Below are positions 38,343 through 47,871 of a stretch of DNA of 64,000 nucleotides, in pieces. This stretch comes from an uncultured delta proteobacterium (lineage in GTDB: Bacteria > Desulfobacterota > Binatia > UBA9968). A program made the position numbers and the translations under genes. The notes under the pieces were generated by a model, which saw nothing but the letters and a program-made list of their open reading frames with translations, ran no database searches and was not told where the DNA came from. Position 1 is the stretch's first letter; every line of letters starts with the position of its first letter. The stretch is taken from NCBI GenBank assembly GCA_963840855.1, contig CAWJBB010000030.1, forward strand, positions 1 to 64,000, given 5' to 3'.

Positions 38343-39407
38343 ATGAAACTCCGAGTCGGTAACGCGTGCTGGCATGCTTTTCACGTCCAGCATGCACTGC
38401 TCTGCCGTGAGGCGGGCTTTTTCGCGCAGGAAGGCATCGACGTCGAGATCGTCCACGCAAAAATCAATCCGAAGGCCATCGAGTCGAGCCGGCCCGGTGG
38501 CGAGCGCTATGACGAAGTGGGTACGGTTTTGCGCGACATGGTGGCATTCGGCATCGACATCATTCCCGACGTGCATGTGCGCACGCCGTTCGCCGAGCGT
38601 GCCCTGGGCAACGACGAGGTACGCATCATCGGCGGTTGGCGCAATCACTACGGCGGCACTGCCATGGCCGCGCCGGGCGTCAATTCCATGCGCGATCTAA
38701 AAGATAAGCGCATCGGCGACTGGTACAAGGGTGGAATTCACACGATGTGGTGGGAGCGCCAGCTGCGCCAGGCGGGTCTCAATCCTGAACGGGATGTGCA
38801 ATGGAAAATCGGCTACCTGTACGGCTCGATGCGGGAAGCCTGGAAGCCGCTTCAACGCGGCGAGACCGACGCGGCGATCGTGCAAAATCCTTGGGTGCCC
38901 ATGCTGCTCGAACAGGGCTTTAACAAGCTTTACGATTTTGATGAACAGACAAAACCCTATGGGCGGCCGGATCGGGTGACGGTGGCGCGCAAGTCCTTCA
39001 TCGAGCGCAATCCCGAGTTGATCAAGCGCTTTTGGAAAGCGGCGATCCGCGGTTATCATTTCATGCGTATTGTTCCTGACAATTTCGCGTTCCAGCGTTA
39101 CGTTGAAGCTAAACTGCGCGTTGACAATCCCGACGAGTCGGAGCGCATGCGCGACCTGACGCCCATGGTGATGATGGAAGGCCATTTTTTCCCTCTCGAC
39201 GGACAACTCACCGAGGAAGGGGTGTGGCGGATTCTAGAGGAACACCTGGACGCTGGGGTGCTCTCGAGGTCCATCACCCGCGCCGATGTGGAATACCTGA
39301 TCGATCAAGATTTGGTTCAGGAAGCGTGGGCTGAGATCTCCGAGACCGACGAAGTCAAACGCAATCTCGAACGGCTTCAACCGGTGATAGAACGCGTGGG
39401 ATACTAG
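38343..39407 (+). CDS. CWHxxH SBP-fold family paralog 5 (354 aa)
   Basis: MKLRVGNACWHAFH; TTGACG-N18-TATATT-N6-ATG, no SD. Confidence 0.8.
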   Translation: MKLRVGNACWHAFHVQHALLCREAGFFAQEGIDVEIVHAKINPKAIESSRPGGERYDEVGTVLRDMVAFGIDIIPDVHVRTPFAERALGNDEVRIIGGWRNHYGGTAMAAPGVNSMRDLKDKRIGDWYKGGIHTMWWERQLRQAGLNPERDVQWKIGYLYGSMREAWKPLQRGETDAAIVQNPWVPMLLEQGFNKLYDFDEQTKPYGRPDRVTVARKSFIERNPELIKRFWKAAIRGYHFMRIVPDNFAFQRYVEAKLRVDNPDESERMRDLTPMVMMEGHFFPLDGQLTEEGVWRILEEHLDAGVLSRSITRADVEYLIDQDLVQEAWAEISETDEVKRNLERLQPVIERVGY

Positions 39408-39522
39408 CTGTCGCTCTCGCTTTAACAGCCGCAGCAACGAACTCATACGCTTCGTTTACTTGACAGAATATTTGCAACGGTAGTAAGCGTGTGAAGGTGC
39501 GGGCTGAAACCACGGAGGCGAC

Positions 39523-40752
39523 ATGTATCGTACAACAAAAGAAGAGAACGAGATCTTGACGCGGGTAGGTCCGGGGACTCCCATAGGCGAACTGCTGCGC
39601 CGCTACTGGTGGCCGGTCGCTATCTCCGCCCATCTCAAGGATAAGCCGACTTTCATTCGTGTCCTCGGCGAAGACCTGGTGCTGTACCGGGACGCCGCGG
39701 GCCATGCCGCGATTTTGGGCGCCAAGTGCGCGCACCGGAGAGCCAATCTGTGTCTCGGCAACGTGGAAAAAGGGGGCTTGCGGTGTCGCTATCACGGTTG
39801 GCTCTACGGCAATGACGGCCGGGTGTTGCAGACGCCGGGGGAGCCGCCCGGCAGCAAACTCAAAGATACCATCCACCATTCTGCCTATCCCGCCGAGGAG
39901 CTTGGCGGCTTCGTCTTTACCTACATGGGACCCCAACCCATGTCGCTCCTGCCCAGGTTCCACTTTCTTGCCGCCGAGGGTGAGCGTTATTCCATCGTGC
40001 AAGGTTTTGGCAGATGCAACTGGTTGCAGGCGGTGGAAAACGGCATCGATCCTCTGCACGCAGGCTTCTTGCACGGCGACATCTGGGAGGCTGTCTCCTC
40101 CGAACCGGAAACAACCTGGTTTGAAGAAACCGAGTGGGGCATCGTTTACAAAGTTATTCGTCCCGGCAGAAAACCCGGTGAATATAACTACCGCGAACAT
40201 CACTTGTTCATGCCCGGAATTAGTTCCGGAGGAGACGCCTCGGTCAGCGAGGGAGCCGACAATCCGCCGCCGGATGAGCTGCCGGCCGTCACGGCGCGCT
40301 GGAGTGTTCCCATCGACGATACCAACATGATGCACATGCGGGTATTCTTTAAGCCGGCCAGCAAATCAGCCAAGCCCCTCCAGTTTAAAACCCTCAGTCT
40401 GGCGCAGACGCGCACGTCGCCGTTCCAGGTGAAACCCTACGGTGAGTACAACGGTTCGGATACGCCGACTCTCGGCTACACGATCCCCAGATCAATCGGC
40501 GGCGAGGACGCCGTGATGCTCGACAGCATGGGGCCCATCGCCGACCGGGAAAACGAAAACCTGACCGTAGCGGATGAGAGCATGGAAATGCTGCGAAAAA
40601 TGTATCTTCAGCAAATCGAGGTCGTAAAAAGCGGCGGCGACCCCATCGGCGTGGTCCGCGACGAGAAGAAAAATCGGCTCATCATCGCCGGTGGCCTTTA
40701 TCGCTGGATCTCCCCCGAGGAACGAAAACAAATGCTCGAAGCAGCCGCGTAA
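39523..40752 (+). CDS. Rieske oxygenase alpha subunit (phthalate dioxygenase-like)
   Basis: CAHR...CRYHGW; ENGIDPLHAGFLH; GEDAVM. Confidence 0.9.
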   Translation: MYRTTKEENEILTRVGPGTPIGELLRRYWWPVAISAHLKDKPTFIRVLGEDLVLYRDAAGHAAILGAKCAHRRANLCLGNVEKGGLRCRYHGWLYGNDGRVLQTPGEPPGSKLKDTIHHSAYPAEELGGFVFTYMGPQPMSLLPRFHFLAAEGERYSIVQGFGRCNWLQAVENGIDPLHAGFLHGDIWEAVSSEPETTWFEETEWGIVYKVIRPGRKPGEYNYREHHLFMPGISSGGDASVSEGADNPPPDELPAVTARWSVPIDDTNMMHMRVFFKPASKSAKPLQFKTLSLAQTRTSPFQVKPYGEYNGSDTPTLGYTIPRSIGGEDAVMLDSMGPIADRENENLTVADESMEMLRKMYLQQIEVVKSGGDPIGVVRDEKKNRLIIAGGLYRWISPEERKQMLEAAA

Positions 40753-40790
40753 ACGGCCGGAGCCGCTTCGCGAGATCAGAGGAATACAAA

Positions 40791-41252
40791 ATGGAAATAG
40801 AAAAGAAACTGAACGAGATGGGATTTCAGGTGCCTGGCGTGCCCGGGGCGGCCGGCAACTATATTGGCTGCGTAAGAGTCGGCAATCTCCTGTTTGTCGG
40901 CGGCAATACCGGACGGGTCAACGGCAAGAGGAAGTTCGAGGGCAAGGTTGGCGAAGCGGTTACCTTGGAACAGGCGTATATCATGGCTCGCGAGTGCGCC
41001 CTCAATCATCTCGCCGTCATCAAGGAGGCGCTCGGCGATCTCGACCAGGTTGAGAGGATCGTTAAGGTCTTAGCCTACATCAACGTCGCTCCGGGTTTCA
41101 CAGAACTGCCCAAAGTCGCCAACGGCGAGTCCGATCTGTTGGTTAACCTGTGGGGCGATCGCGGCCGGCACACACGCGCGGCCATAGGAGTGGCGGCCTT
41201 AGGGAGCAATGCGGCGGTGGAGACCGAGATTATCGTTCAGGTCCGCGAGTGA
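40791..41252 (+). CDS. RidA/YjgF family protein
   Basis: GNLLFVGG, VANGESDLL...G.RGRHTRAAIG...VETE. Confidence 0.85.
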   Translation: MEIEKKLNEMGFQVPGVPGAAGNYIGCVRVGNLLFVGGNTGRVNGKRKFEGKVGEAVTLEQAYIMARECALNHLAVIKEALGDLDQVERIVKVLAYINVAPGFTELPKVANGESDLLVNLWGDRGRHTRAAIGVAALGSNAAVETEIIVQVRE

Positions 41253-41289
41253 TGGATTTTAACCGGAAAGAACGCAAACAAAAGAAGAC

Positions 41290-41368
41290 TCACCACGAAG
41301 ACACGAAGGTCACGAAGATTAAAAGAATAATATCCGAACCCTTCGTGCTCTTCGTGGCTTCGTGGTGA
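41290..41368. repeat. Inverted repeat built from CACGAAG units at 8-9 bp spacing
   Basis: tcaccacgaagacacgaaggtcacgaag ... cttcgtgctcttcgtggcttcgtggtga. Confidence 0.75.
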
Positions 41369-41458
41369 AGCAAAACGTTCGGCGCAATGAAATAGCATGC
41401 GCCAGCTTGCTCATACGGAAACTTCAAGATGCAACCTAATAGATAGGAGGACAGTCTG

Positions 41459-42793
41459 ATGGCATCAGGCCCGAATTTAGAAGGCTTGGCATTCACCAGA
41501 GAGGAAAATGAGTGGTTGACCCGCGTTGGTCCAGGAACCTTGATGGGAAATCTTTTTCGGCAATACTGGATTCCGGTCTTGCCGGTGTCCTTTCTTAAAG
41601 AACCCGGCGGGAAGCCTTTACGGATACGGCTTCTTTGCGAAGACTTGGTGTTGTTCCGAACCGGCCAGGGAAAGATTGGCTTAGTTGGCGCATATTGCCA
41701 GCACCGTCTGGCGCCGCTTTATTTTGGTCGCATCGAGGACGACGGCATTCGTTGCCCGTATCATGGCTGGAAGTACGCTACTGACGGCACGTGCATGGAG
41801 ATGCCGAACATTCCGGCCGAGCAGCAGTTCTGTGATGCGATTCATCACCCCGGTTATCCTTGTGTAGAGTATGGCGGAGTCATTTGGACTTACATGGGGC
41901 CTGCCAAAGAACTTCCCGCTCTGCCGGAATTTGAGTATGCACTGGTCCCTGAAGATCAACGGCGCTATCGTTTGTTTCGCTCTGAAGGCAATTATTTGCA
42001 AGTTTTGGAAGGGGGCATCGATCCGACACACGTAATGTGGCTGCATTCTCCGTACAATCTGGCCGACGACGACGTCGCCACAATCCACCAGGGCCCGCAA
42101 CAGGTGGTGGCCAACAAATCGCAGAAGAGAACCCCTGATCGCACTGACATCGTCGACACTTCCGGCGGCTTCATGTACGGTACCAGACGCTCCCTGAATG
42201 ACGGTACAAGCCTGTGGCGCGTGAACCAATTTATGGTTCCTTTCTACAGCATGCCCCCCGGGGGCGATTTCCGTGGCGCACGGGCGTATGTGCCGATCGA
42301 CGATGAAAGCTGTGTCAAATGGCAGATCGGCTGGTACCCATCACCCGAGATCATGGAAAAGACCAAAGAAACTCCGCGCCTGATTCAGAAGGACGAAGAG
42401 CATATGGAGCCAACGACGCAGCCCTACGGCTTCATCATTCCCAAGGCCAATAAAGCGAACGATTACCTTATCAATTGGGAGACCCATACGACCAGGCGAG
42501 TAGGCATCACCGGCGTCAATCTTCAAGATATGTGCGTCACGGAGTGGCAAGGACCGACGCCGATCCTGGACCGCACTAAAGAGCACCTTTGCAGCGGCGA
42601 TCAAACGGCGGGCAAGGCGCGCCGGATGTTGCTCCGGCTTGCCAAGGCGTTACGCGACCAGGGTGTGACGCCGCTGGGAGTTCGCGAACCGGAAATCTAC
42701 CGCGTCCGTGGCACCTCTGTGGTGGTGCCTGACAACCTGAGCTGGGTTGATGCCGTCAAAGAACGAGTAACGGTTGCGAAAAGCGCGGCGTAG
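41459..42793 (+). CDS. Rieske oxygenase alpha subunit, close paralog of 6332..7684
   Basis: CQHR...CPYHGW; DPTHVMWLH; long stretches identical to the 6332 gene. Confidence 0.9.
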   Translation: MASGPNLEGLAFTREENEWLTRVGPGTLMGNLFRQYWIPVLPVSFLKEPGGKPLRIRLLCEDLVLFRTGQGKIGLVGAYCQHRLAPLYFGRIEDDGIRCPYHGWKYATDGTCMEMPNIPAEQQFCDAIHHPGYPCVEYGGVIWTYMGPAKELPALPEFEYALVPEDQRRYRLFRSEGNYLQVLEGGIDPTHVMWLHSPYNLADDDVATIHQGPQQVVANKSQKRTPDRTDIVDTSGGFMYGTRRSLNDGTSLWRVNQFMVPFYSMPPGGDFRGARAYVPIDDESCVKWQIGWYPSPEIMEKTKETPRLIQKDEEHMEPTTQPYGFIIPKANKANDYLINWETHTTRRVGITGVNLQDMCVTEWQGPTPILDRTKEHLCSGDQTAGKARRMLLRLAKALRDQGVTPLGVREPEIYRVRGTSVVVPDNLSWVDAVKERVTVAKSAA

Positions 42794-42808
42794 CGAAAAG
42801 TCTCAAAC

Positions 42809-42838
42809 AACGCGCCGTGGAGAGATCCACGGCGCGTT
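42809..42838 (+). terminator. Stem-loop after the Rieske gene
   Basis: aacgcgccgtgga-gaga-tccacggcgcgtt 13-bp stem, poor U-tract. Confidence 0.5.
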
Positions 42839-42994
42839 CAACTTATCTCGTCCAGCCGCTACCGGAGAGGCTTGCTCCTCGATCGCTATCGTTGCGAATA
42901 ATTCGGGCCGGTGCTTTGCCACTCGCGTGTGCGGGGTTTACCTAGAATCAATCAAGGAAAAGATCAACGCCGGCAAAATGGGTCCGTGTTTGGC

Positions 42995-44728
42995 ATGAAG
43001 ATTGGCACGCTCGAATTATTTCCGGCGCAAAGCCGGCGCTTGTTTGAGAGCGTCGACGGGCGGACGCTCTTATTGTCGTTGTTTTTGGCCTTGGTCGGGT
43101 TTCTGGTTTTCACGCCCCTGCTTTTTCTCCTTTACGGCAGCTTTGAGACGGTGGGGCCTGATGGAAGAACGGTCTACAGTTTACAAGGCTGGCGCCAGGC
43201 GCTTGACAATCCAGGCATTGTCTCCGCCATTTACAACAGTTTTTCTTTAGCCATCGCGCGCCAATCGATTGCTACGGTCATTGGAATTCTTCTCGCCTGG
43301 CTTATCGCTCGCACTGATATTCCGCTGAGGGGATGGCTGGAATTTTCTTTTTGGATATCCTATTTCATTCCGTCCTTGCCGGTTGCGTTGGGTTGGATCT
43401 TGCTCCTGGATCCGAAGTACGGACTCATCAATGACTGGCTTGCAGCTCTGCCTTTTATCAAGGAGCCGCTGTTTAACGTTTATTCCTTCTGGGGAATCGT
43501 TTGGGTTCACCTTAGCGCCAGCACCATCGCCATCAAAGTCATGTTGCTCACGCCAGCCTTCCGCAACCTGGACGCCGCGCTCGAAGAGGCCTCTCACGTG
43601 GCCGGAGCCGGCTCGCTGAAAACTCTGCTGAAGATTGCCGCGCCGATCATGATGCCGACAATTTTAGTGGCGTTCATCCTGGGTCTGATTCGTTCACTTG
43701 AAGCCTTTGAAATCGAGCTTATTCTGGGCCGTCCCATCGGACTCCACGTGTTCTCTACCAAGATATATAGTTTCATGACCGTGGAGCCGCCGCAGTTTGC
43801 TCCGGCCTCGGCTCTGGGGAGCTTCTTTCTTATCGTGCTCGGATTGTTGGTTGTTTTTCAGCGCTTTTTCCTCAAGGAGAAGTCCTACGCCACGGTCACC
43901 GGCCGAGGTTTCAGCGCCAGGTTGATCCGCCTGGGTCGCTGGCGCTATGCAACGCTTCTGTTCGTTTTGGCCATCGCCCTCTGTACCACAGTGGTGCCCA
44001 TCGCCTCGCTTTTTTTTTCGACCTTCATGAAGCTGTTCGGCTACTTCCATATTCCCGATCCCTGGACCCTGGATAACTGGAAGCAGGTCCTGAAAGATCC
44101 GATTCTGCTGCGCTCTTTGCAAAATACTTTGGTGCTGGGCGTCTCCGCGGCCGGGCTCGGCATCGTCCTGAGCAGTGTGATCGCCTACATCATCGCCAAA
44201 TCGAAATTCGGCCTGCGCGGTTTGCTGGATTTTATCTCATGGATACCCTGGTCTATCCCGGGCATCCTGTTAGGAATGGCGCTCGCCTCCTCATTGCTAT
44301 TGATACACAGGGTGGTGCCTGTTTACGGCACCATGTTCGCTCTGGTACTCGCCATGGCGATATCCGGTTTGCCGCTCACCGTGCAAGTTATCAAGGCCTT
44401 TCTCATGCAGTTCGCCGATGAACTGGAGGAGGCCTCTCAAGTAGCTGGCGCAAGCTGGTACACGACGTTTCGCCGCATATTGCTGCCGCTGCTCTTGCCC
44501 TGTCTCATCGTCGTGGGTCTTCTTGAGTTTATCGCGTCGGCGCGCAACATCAGCACGGTTGTTCTTCTCGCAACCGGCAAGACCAGAACTATGGCTCTAT
44601 TGATGCTCGATTATACCGCGGGCGCCGAACTGGAGAAGGCGACCGTGGTGGGCGCCATGATTGTCTTGATGGTAGTCGCTGCGGCGATCATCGCGCGAAT
44701 TCTCGGTGGAAAATTCGGAATACAGTAA
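42995..44728 (+). CDS. FbpB-type ABC permease
   Basis: EAA loops LDAALEEASHVAGA and ELEEASQVAGA; start uncertain. Confidence 0.9.
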   Translation: MKIGTLELFPAQSRRLFESVDGRTLLLSLFLALVGFLVFTPLLFLLYGSFETVGPDGRTVYSLQGWRQALDNPGIVSAIYNSFSLAIARQSIATVIGILLAWLIARTDIPLRGWLEFSFWISYFIPSLPVALGWILLLDPKYGLINDWLAALPFIKEPLFNVYSFWGIVWVHLSASTIAIKVMLLTPAFRNLDAALEEASHVAGAGSLKTLLKIAAPIMMPTILVAFILGLIRSLEAFEIELILGRPIGLHVFSTKIYSFMTVEPPQFAPASALGSFFLIVLGLLVVFQRFFLKEKSYATVTGRGFSARLIRLGRWRYATLLFVLAIALCTTVVPIASLFFSTFMKLFGYFHIPDPWTLDNWKQVLKDPILLRSLQNTLVLGVSAAGLGIVLSSVIAYIIAKSKFGLRGLLDFISWIPWSIPGILLGMALASSLLLIHRVVPVYGTMFALVLAMAISGLPLTVQVIKAFLMQFADELEEASQVAGASWYTTFRRILLPLLLPCLIVVGLLEFIASARNISTVVLLATGKTRTMALLMLDYTAGAELEKATVVGAMIVLMVVAAAIIARILGGKFGIQ

Positions 44729-44759
44729 TTAAGTGAAATCTTTAGGGGAGTAGTCAATC

Positions 44760-45872
44760 ATGAAAAAAATGTTCTGGAGGGCTACGGCGTTGCTTGTTGT
44801 TCTATCGGGGTTAGCGCTGGCCGGGTCGGCCCAGGCACAATGGCAAACCGAGTGGGAGCGCGTCCAGGCGGCGGCGAGGAAGGAAGGAAAGCTCGTTATC
44901 AGTATTCCGCCAAGCGCCGACCTGAGAAAGGCGCTGGAAGAAACCGTCAAGCAAAAGTTCGGCATCGAACTGGAAATTGTCCTGTCCAACAGCGCGACCA
45001 CGACCAAAAGAGTCGGAGACGAGTTCAAGGCCGGCGTCCGCTACTTCGACGTCATAACGAGCACGTGGGATGCGCTCTCCTATAACCTTCTGCCCATGGG
45101 CGTGATTGAGCCTCTGGAGCAGTCTTGGATTCTTCCCGAAGTCAAAGATCCGGCGAACTGGTGGGGCGGGCATATCTGGACGGATTCGGCGAAAAAGTTT
45201 GCCTACTCTCCTCTCGCTTATATGCTGGATAACATTTGGTACAACACCGGACATGCGAAGCCGGAGGAGCTGCGCACTTATGACGATTTGCTCAATCCCA
45301 AATGGAAGGGCAAAATCGCCTTCTGGGATCCCAGAAGCGCCGGCGGGGCGGCTCTTGGAATCTGGGGCTATCTCTGGCTCACCAAAGGTGAGGGTTATTT
45401 GAGAAAGCTCGCTCAGCAGAATCTTCTCCTGGTGGAAGATCGCCGTCTGGTCGCCGATTCTTTGGCGCGGGCGAAGGTGGCAGTCGCCATCGGCGCGACC
45501 TACTACAGCTACGCTTCATTCATCAAGGCGGGCTTACCCGTGAAACCGCTGCCGCCGTCCAAAGAAGGTACGTTCGTTTCGGTTGGAAACGGCGGGCCGG
45601 TGGTGGTGAAGAATCATCCTCACCCCAACGCGACAAAAGTTTATGTGAACTGGCTTTTGAGCAAAGAAGGCCAGAACCTTTATAGCAAAGCTTTTGGCCA
45701 GGCGACGCGGCGCCTGGACGTCGATACCAAGTGGATGCCCGAGATTGGGGTCCGGCCGGCCAAAGACAGCATCACGATAGACAATTTTTACAAGTGGCAG
45801 AATGCGATCGAGGAAAAAGATCTCACGGTGCGGCGTCCGGCGCTCGAATTTGCCCGCAAGATTCTGCAGTAA
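44760..45872 (+). CDS. AfuA/FbpA-like extracellular solute-binding protein
   Basis: Signal peptide; AARKEGKL, YDDLLNPKWKGK, PHPNATKVYVNWLLSKEGQ. Confidence 0.85.
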   Translation: MKKMFWRATALLVVLSGLALAGSAQAQWQTEWERVQAAARKEGKLVISIPPSADLRKALEETVKQKFGIELEIVLSNSATTTKRVGDEFKAGVRYFDVITSTWDALSYNLLPMGVIEPLEQSWILPEVKDPANWWGGHIWTDSAKKFAYSPLAYMLDNIWYNTGHAKPEELRTYDDLLNPKWKGKIAFWDPRSAGGAALGIWGYLWLTKGEGYLRKLAQQNLLLVEDRRLVADSLARAKVAVAIGATYYSYASFIKAGLPVKPLPPSKEGTFVSVGNGGPVVVKNHPHPNATKVYVNWLLSKEGQNLYSKAFGQATRRLDVDTKWMPEIGVRPAKDSITIDNFYKWQNAIEEKDLTVRRPALEFARKILQ

Positions 45873-45889
45873 GGAGGTTTAACGATTTT

Positions 45890-46711
45890 ATGGCACCCGC
45901 AATCAACAAGACCTATGTGCAAGTGGATGGTATCAAGACTTTTGTTGTCTCGGCAGGAAGCGGTCATCCGCTGCTGTTGATTCACGGCGCGTCCCCGGGA
46001 GCTGCGTCGCTGGTCAATTGGAAGCTCAACATGGAGCCCCTTGCCGCCGCCGGCTTTGCGATTTACGCCTACGATCAACCGGGGTTCGGGCTCACCGAGA
46101 ATCCATCGGATCATTCCATCGAGTATCGAGTCACCCATGCCAAGGCGTTGGTCGATATATTAAAGTTGGATCGGATTCATGTCGTGGGAAATTCCGTCGG
46201 CGGTTACATAGCGGCCAGGCTTGCCCTGGAGGACAAGCGTGTGAAAACCTTTGTGACCACGACCAGCGGCTCATTGTCGCCGCAGGGCTCCGCCGAATCG
46301 CAGTCGCTGGCAAAGAAGCATTCGGAGGATCTCAGAGAATATGAACCCAGTCTCGAGAACATGAGAAAGCTGACTTTCGGAACGATTTTCAACAAGGACC
46401 TGGTCACAGAAGAATTGGTCCGCGAGCGTTATGAGATGAGTATCGGCAAAAACTACGAGGCTCAGTTGCAACGGCGGAATGCCGCGCGCCAAAGGCAGGT
46501 GTATGACGAAATGAGGCAATTGCCCGTCAAAGCGTTGCTGCTATGGGGCAACAACGACCGCGGCGTTTCAGTGGAGCGGGGTCTGGAGCTTTTTCAGCGC
46601 ATTCCGGGAGCCGAGTTTCATCTGTTTGACAAGTGTGCCCACTGGGTTCAGTGGGATCAGGCCGATAGATTCAACCGGCTAGTCATCGACTTTCTTAAGG
46701 GCGCGAGCTGA
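45890..46711 (+). CDS. Alpha/beta hydrolase, meta-cleavage-product hydrolase (MhpC/BphD)-like
   Basis: HGASPGA...NW, GNSVGG nucleophile elbow, WGNNDR, CAHWVQW; SD aggagg. Confidence 0.75.
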   Translation: MAPAINKTYVQVDGIKTFVVSAGSGHPLLLIHGASPGAASLVNWKLNMEPLAAAGFAIYAYDQPGFGLTENPSDHSIEYRVTHAKALVDILKLDRIHVVGNSVGGYIAARLALEDKRVKTFVTTTSGSLSPQGSAESQSLAKKHSEDLREYEPSLENMRKLTFGTIFNKDLVTEELVRERYEMSIGKNYEAQLQRRNAARQRQVYDEMRQLPVKALLLWGNNDRGVSVERGLELFQRIPGAEFHLFDKCAHWVQWDQADRFNRLVIDFLKGAS

Positions 46712-46878
46712 TCGTCATTCCACACAAATGTTGGTTTTGACGCGGGCTATCTTGTGTTAAGAGTCGATGTTAGGCTAACCTTGCGTTGCGCGGCGATTTG
46801 GGCAAGAGGATGGTCATAGAGTGGCGAAGTGGATGCGCTAGTTGAGACATGGGGACAAGAAGCTTACGGAGGTAGATC

Positions 46879-47790
46879 ATGGCTTATCCGAAAATCAAGA
46901 TGGAACGGCCCAGCGTATATAACGGCTTGGATTGGCTGGTGGCGCTAGACGAGGGGTTGTTTGCTAAAGAAGGGCTTGAGGTCGAGCTCATCGCGCATGG
47001 CGGTGAGCGACAAACCAATTTAAATGTCACGGACTGGAACGAGGTGCGCTCCAACGCCGGCCACGCCGAGGCCATGGAACGCGGCTGCGCAAACATTTTC
47101 AATGCTTGTGAATGGGGTAACTATCGTCGATCGCAAGATACCGGGGTCGGGTGCCGGCAACTCGGCAGGCGCGCATCGATCGTCGCCGGCGCCGTAGCGG
47201 TGGCACCGGATTCCGACATCTATACGCCACAGCAGTTGGCGAACAGAACTATCGCGGTGCCCTTTCATGCCGGGACGCATTATTTGACGCTACAGTTGCT
47301 CGAAGGCTTTGTGCCGCGCGACATGATCAAACTCGTCAGCAGCGGTCGGCCCTCGGAGCGCTACAGGGCGATGATGAATGGCATCGTCGATGCTTGCAGC
47401 GTGCGCGAACCCTGGATTGCGATTGCCGAGAAGAACGGCTGCCGTCTCATCGTCCAAGGGTATTACAACGGAACGGACACGGCCACGCCAGAGATTAGCG
47501 CAGAAGCTTACGCTGCGATCAACCGGGCGCTCAGTGAGGCGGTGCGCCGGATCAATGCCAACAAACGAGGCTACCTGCACTACTTCATTGACAACGAGAA
47601 GGGTGCTGAGGTGAAAACCTTGACCCTTGACGACTTCAATCTTAACCGGATCGTATTTGTCGAGCCGGGAAAACCGATTCCCGAAGAACAGTTGATGCGA
47701 ACCTATCACTGGATGGTGAGCTGGAATCTGATCGATGCGGGCCATGAAGTTCAGGATCTTGTAAATACTCAGGTCATGGCGCCGGCATAG
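46879..47790 (+). CDS. NMT1-like SBP-fold protein without signal peptide
   Basis: WLVALDEGLFAKEGLEVE; QLANRTIAV..HAGTHY; SD ggaggt; no leader peptide. Confidence 0.7.
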   Translation: MAYPKIKMERPSVYNGLDWLVALDEGLFAKEGLEVELIAHGGERQTNLNVTDWNEVRSNAGHAEAMERGCANIFNACEWGNYRRSQDTGVGCRQLGRRASIVAGAVAVAPDSDIYTPQQLANRTIAVPFHAGTHYLTLQLLEGFVPRDMIKLVSSGRPSERYRAMMNGIVDACSVREPWIAIAEKNGCRLIVQGYYNGTDTATPEISAEAYAAINRALSEAVRRINANKRGYLHYFIDNEKGAEVKTLTLDDFNLNRIVFVEPGKPIPEEQLMRTYHWMVSWNLIDAGHEVQDLVNTQVMAPA

Positions 47791-47871
47791 TTTGTTATCC
47801 TGAAGATCAGGGCGATCTGGGCGGCTGCTTTTTGAGATCTCAGCCTCATTGCTTTTCGCTTTCATCCTTTG

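Noticed and set aside
7719-39407. CWHxxH proteins as THI5 HMP-P synthases linked to thiSGE, or as DGR targets
   Set aside because: No THI5 CCCxC motif, no proximity to the thi operon or riboswitch control; no reverse transcriptase or template repeat seen
41290-41368. CRISPR-like repeats
   Set aside because: Units are only 7-9 bp, inverted, without spacers or cas genes
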